DNA from: Cytophagaceae bacterium
GTDB lineage: Bacteria > Bacteroidota > Bacteroidia > Cytophagales > Cytophagaceae
Direction: 5' to 3'
DNA length: 64,000 nt
NCBI GenBank assembly: GCA_021151805.1
Contig: JAGKWN010000001.1
Span: 10,746-74,745, forward strand
Below the pieces are notes generated by a model, which saw nothing but the letters and a program-made list of their open reading frames with translations, made no database searches and had not been told where the DNA came from. Made by a program: the position numbers and the translations under genes. Position 1 is the first letter of the stretch; each line of letters begins with the position of its first letter. Of this stretch, positions 60,498 to 64,000 are shown in pieces.

Positions 60498-63068
60498 TTA
60501 CAATATTGAAAGTTTGCTGTCGATTTCTTTTGAAACAAGATATCCAATTTCGATCAGTTTTTTAACATCTTCCGATAAAGATTCGACGGGCTCATTGTTT
60601 TTTATTTTATGTTCAATTTTAGTTATTAAAGAAGCCAGCTTTTCAATAGAGAGAATGCGCACACAGGATTTATATTGATGTAAACTAAAATCAATAGCTG
60701 TAGCATCTTTCTTATCTAATGCAGTTGCAATTTCCTGCAGCAGCTGGGCGTTTTGTTTTTGGAACATCTCCAGCATTTCCCTGTAAATAACAGCACTGTT
60801 TTTGGAGAGCTTTTCTATAAAATCAAAATTGGAATAGACAGGTGTAAATTCGCTTTTAACAGCATTTTTAAATACCCAGGTATCAATTACCGTATAAAGA
60901 TCTTCTTCGGTATAAGGCTTACCAAGGTGTGCATTCATGCCGGCTTCAAGACAATTGTTTATGTCTTCCTGAAATACATTTGCAGTTAAGCCGATGATGG
61001 GTGTTTTTAGTTTATTATGACGTAACTGTTCTGTTGCCTGTAAACCATCGCATACAGGCATCTGCATATCCATGAGTATAATATCGTAGTTGAATGATGA
61101 TGCTTTGTTGATTGCCTGCAAACCATTTTCAACAATTTCATACGTACATCCTAAAGATTGTAATGTGTATGCAGCTAGTGTCCGGTTCATCTCATTGTCA
61201 TCAGCAACTAAAACCGTTACTTTTTTAGGGAAGGGTTTAATGGAAATTTTTGTTGCGTCGGTGTCAATATTTTTTTCGCCTAAATGAAATGGCAGAACAA
61301 AAAAGAAACGTGTACCATAACTTTTATCCCGATCATTTGTGAATACAGGACTTTGAACGTTTATTGTGCCATCCATTAAATGGACGATTTCTTTTACGAT
61401 TGACAAACCCAGACCGGAGCCTCCATAATTGACCGATATGGAATCGTTTGCCTGCGTGAAGCTTTCGAAGATGTCCTCCTGTTTATCGGGTTGTATACCT
61501 ATACCAGTATCAGTAACGGAGAATTCAATGTAATAAACACCAGCTTCATTTTTTATGAATTGAATCTGAACAACAATGCCTCCGTGAGTGGTAAATTTTA
61601 AGGCATTGCCAATGATATTCACCAGAACCTGTGAAATACGTTGTGGGTCGCCAATAAGATAATCCGGAATTTTGTCATCAATGATTAGACGGAAGTCAAG
61701 ATCTTTTTCTGAGGCTGTATGCTGAAAAGGACTTAAGACAGATCTGATAATCTCTTTGAGATGAAAAGATTTTTTTTCAATGGTAACTTTTCCTTCTTCA
61801 ATTTTACTGATATCTAAAATATTTCCGATCAGCTTTAATAATAGTTCGCCGGAAATAGAAATGTTTTTTAAAAGTGTTTTTTGTTCAGGTGTTAATTCCT
61901 GTTTATTCAGAATGTTGGTAAAACCTAAAATTGCGTTAATAGGAGTGCGGATCTCATGACTCATATTTGATAAAAACCGTGTTTTAAACTGGCTGGCGCT
62001 TTCAGCCTTCTCTTTTGCAATCCGCATCAGATCCTGTTGCTGCAAGGCTGATAGTTCCGCTTTTTTCAGCGGTGTAATATCAATGATCGCACCATGCATC
62101 ACTAGTCCGTTTGATTCTTTTGTCACATATCCGTTCGAGATCAGGAATTTTTCAGTACCAGTTGATGTACGTATTTTAAATTCATGCGAGTAGCTTTGAT
62201 TCGGTGTGAAGATTTCATTTCTTCTTTTTTGAACTTTATCCGGGTCTGCATCAACGACCAGTGAATCTATAAAGTCTGGTGCAGGGATAGTGTTTTTATT
62301 TACTTCAAAGATGTTATACATTTCATTTGACCAGGATGTTTCCTGCTTGTCAATGAAATATTCAAAGGTTCCCATTTGAGTAAGCTGCTGAGCATATTCA
62401 AGCAATGTGTTTTTTATTTTTAATTCCTTTACAATTTCTCTTCGTTGTTTTATATCCAGTAAAATGAAATAGTAGGATGATACTAAAACCAGGAATCCTA
62501 AAATACCTGATAAAACAATCATAACAGGAGCATTCTTATTGAGTGTTTCGGCTGTGTTGGTGCGGGAAATCAATAATCTTTCTTCATCTTGTTTCATCTG
62601 TTCAATAATGCGGTTGACCTGCTCTGTAGAAACCTGGCCTTTTTTCATTAAGGCAATTATTTCAGTTTGGTCTGCATTGCTGTTGGAAAGATTTATCAAA
62701 CTGTTGAATAGAAAAAAACGCTCGTTTAAATAAACTTTTAATGTGTCTATGTATAGCTGTTGTTGCGGGTTATCTAATATTAAAGAATCAATTATGTGAA
62801 GTTGATTTTTAATATCCTTTCGTGCTACTTCCTGTTGTTCAAGATGAGTAACATCTTTAGTAAGCGCGTAGCCTCTTACTCCGGATTCTGCATTTTTAAT
62901 ATCAGAGTGAATGCTCTCCAGATTTAGAAATACTTTATTGGTATGATTTACCCAATGGTTTGCCGAACGCAGCCCCTGAATATTGAAATAAGAATATACA
63001 AATGCTGAGACAAGTAAGAGAAGAGCAATAAAAAAAAAGATATTAAGTGCGCGGGTTGAAAGCTTCAT
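60498..63068 (-). CDS. hybrid sensor histidine kinase/response regulator (CHASE3-TM-PAS-HisKA-HATPase-REC-HPt)
   Basis: 856 aa. N-terminal TM plus a CHASE3-like region, H-box SHEIRTPIN, GSGLGLSIVK, a receiver (VLVADDNEMNR...ILMDMQMPVCDG...K), and a C-terminal HPt-like HQYKSCVRILS. Confidence 0.88.
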   Translation of the reverse strand: MKLSTRALNIFFFIALLLLVSAFVYSYFNIQGLRSANHWVNHTNKVFLNLESIHSDIKNAESGVRGYALTKDVTHLEQQEVARKDIKNQLHIIDSLILDNPQQQLYIDTLKVYLNERFFLFNSLINLSNSNADQTEIIALMKKGQVSTEQVNRIIEQMKQDEERLLISRTNTAETLNKNAPVMIVLSGILGFLVLVSSYYFILLDIKQRREIVKELKIKNTLLEYAQQLTQMGTFEYFIDKQETSWSNEMYNIFEVNKNTIPAPDFIDSLVVDADPDKVQKRRNEIFTPNQSYSHEFKIRTSTGTEKFLISNGYVTKESNGLVMHGAIIDITPLKKAELSALQQQDLMRIAKEKAESASQFKTRFLSNMSHEIRTPINAILGFTNILNKQELTPEQKTLLKNISISGELLLKLIGNILDISKIEEGKVTIEKKSFHLKEIIRSVLSPFQHTASEKDLDFRLIIDDKIPDYLIGDPQRISQVLVNIIGNALKFTTHGGIVVQIQFIKNEAGVYYIEFSVTDTGIGIQPDKQEDIFESFTQANDSISVNYGGSGLGLSIVKEIVHLMDGTINVQSPVFTNDRDKSYGTRFFFVLPFHLGEKNIDTDATKISIKPFPKKVTVLVADDNEMNRTLAAYTLQSLGCTYEIVENGLQAINKASSFNYDIILMDMQMPVCDGLQATEQLRHNKLKTPIIGLTANVFQEDINNCLEAGMNAHLGKPYTEEDLYTVIDTWVFKNAVKSEFTPVYSNFDFIEKLSKNSAVIYREMLEMFQKQNAQLLQEIATALDKKDATAIDFSLHQYKSCVRILSIEKLASLITKIEHKIKNNEPVESLSEDVKKLIEIGYLVSKEIDSKLSIL

Positions 63069-63176
63069 TATTTTATCTATTTATCTACTGTAGCTGGTAT
63101 TAATTATACACCAATCAATACGGATACAGTAGATAAACAGATAAGAATAACAATGAAATATTAGGCGGAAGGCTAT

Positions 63177-64000
63177 TTATTTAACTTTGGTTAAAAGATT
63201 TTGAACCGCAATATCCATTTTATTGAATTCAAACGCATCCAGAACTTTTTGCATGGAGGCTTTAATTTCCTGATGCATTAAATTTCCGATGCTGCCCTCG
63301 TGGGTATGATTGATTGTATCCAGGGCTGTGAATGTTTTATTTTCAATCATTCCGCCAACTTTTTTATATGCATCGCGGAAAGGAGTTCCTTCAAGAACCA
63401 TATTATTCACGACTTCCACGCTATACATGTATAAATACTTAGGATCTTTAACGATGTTCTCTTTTATCTTTACTTGCTTCAGCATAAAATTGGCAATACG
63501 CAAACAGTCATTGATATCCTGAAAGGCAGGAATGAAGTTTTCTTTGATCAGCTGCATATCACGGTGGTAGCCGGAAGGAAGGTTTGCCATGATCATAGAA
63601 ATTTCATTAGGCAAAGCTTGTAAACGGTTGCAACGCGCACGGATTAATTCAAACACATCCGGGTTTTTCTTATGCGGCATGATGCTTGAGCCTGTTGTAA
63701 GCTCATCCGGCAGAGTCATGAAGTCAAAGTTCTGGTTCATGTACAAACATACATCCATAGACATTCTGCCTAATGTAGCTGCAATAGAGGCAAGAGCGGC
63801 TGTAACATTTTTCTCTGTTTTGCCACGGCCCATCTGTGCATATACCACATTGTGGTTCAGTTCTTCAAAGCCCAGTAAATTCGTAGTCATGGTGCGGTTC
63901 AATGGAAAGGACGAACCATAACCTGCTGCAGAACCCAATGGATTTTTGTTGCTGATGCGGTATCCGGCAAGCATCATCTGCATATCATCTGCCAGGCTTT
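63177..64000 (-). CDS. argH: argininosuccinate lyase, C-terminal part (N-terminus lies beyond the window end)
   Basis: Fumarate-lyase signature GSSIMPHKKNPDVFE. The frame stays open to the window edge (...SLADDMQMMLAGYRISN). Confidence 0.88.
   Translation of the reverse strand, partial: SLADDMQMMLAGYRISNKNPLGSAAGYGSSFPLNRTMTTNLLGFEELNHNVVYAQMGRGKTEKNVTAALASIAATLGRMSMDVCLYMNQNFDFMTLPDELTTGSSIMPHKKNPDVFELIRARCNRLQALPNEISMIMANLPSGYHRDMQLIKENFIPAFQDINDCLRIANFMLKQVKIKENIVKDPKYLYMYSVEVVNNMVLEGTPFRDAYKKVGGMIENKTFTALDTINHTHEGSIGNLMHQEIKASMQKVLDAFEFNKMDIAVQNLLTKVK

Overview
This is a chromosomal core segment from a Bacteroidota genome, possibly Sphingobacteriia-like at roughly 40% G+C. The phylum call rests on TAnnTTTG-type promoters, weak or absent Shine-Dalgarno sequences, a DUF3467 gene after rpoC, and Cys-less L36 and S14.

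The centre (13.1-44.8 kb) is the transcription/translation supercluster. It runs tRNA-Tyr/Gly/Thr, tuf, tRNA-Trp, secE, nusG, rplKAJL and rpoBC, then rpsL-rpsG-fusA-rpsJ, then the S10/spc/alpha operons through rplQ. It includes rpmD and rpmJ, which I found by hand because they fall below the ORF-track cutoff.

Flanking housekeeping genes are OsmC, YtxJ, a fused 2-oxoacid dehydrogenase E1, an M16 peptidase, ispF, a crotonase, PAP2, rpoN, asnS, carA, eno, an FtsB-like gene, PBP1A, ispD, a NUDIX hydrolase and partial argH.

The most interesting locus is 55.5-58.8 kb. It holds an ECF sigma factor, a soluble zinc-type (ZAS) anti-sigma, a lipoprotein-signal peptide carrying six KCG repeats, then a DUF692 (MNIO) enzyme, a DUF2063-like partner and DoxX. 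This is a bufferin/methanobactin-like peptide-modification cluster with an unusual, probably membrane-tethered precursor.

Secondary curiosities:
- A repeat-dense non-coding stretch and a low-GC mini-cassette flanked by 86-bp direct repeats (7.1-8.5 kb).
- A CTAG-rich repeat family at gene ends, including a large nested palindrome (1.3-1.45 kb).
- A secreted, very basic repeat protein translationally coupled to YtxJ.
- A secreted serpin.
- A sensor-kinase trio with no output regulator.

No CRISPR array, rRNA gene or recognisable transposase is present.
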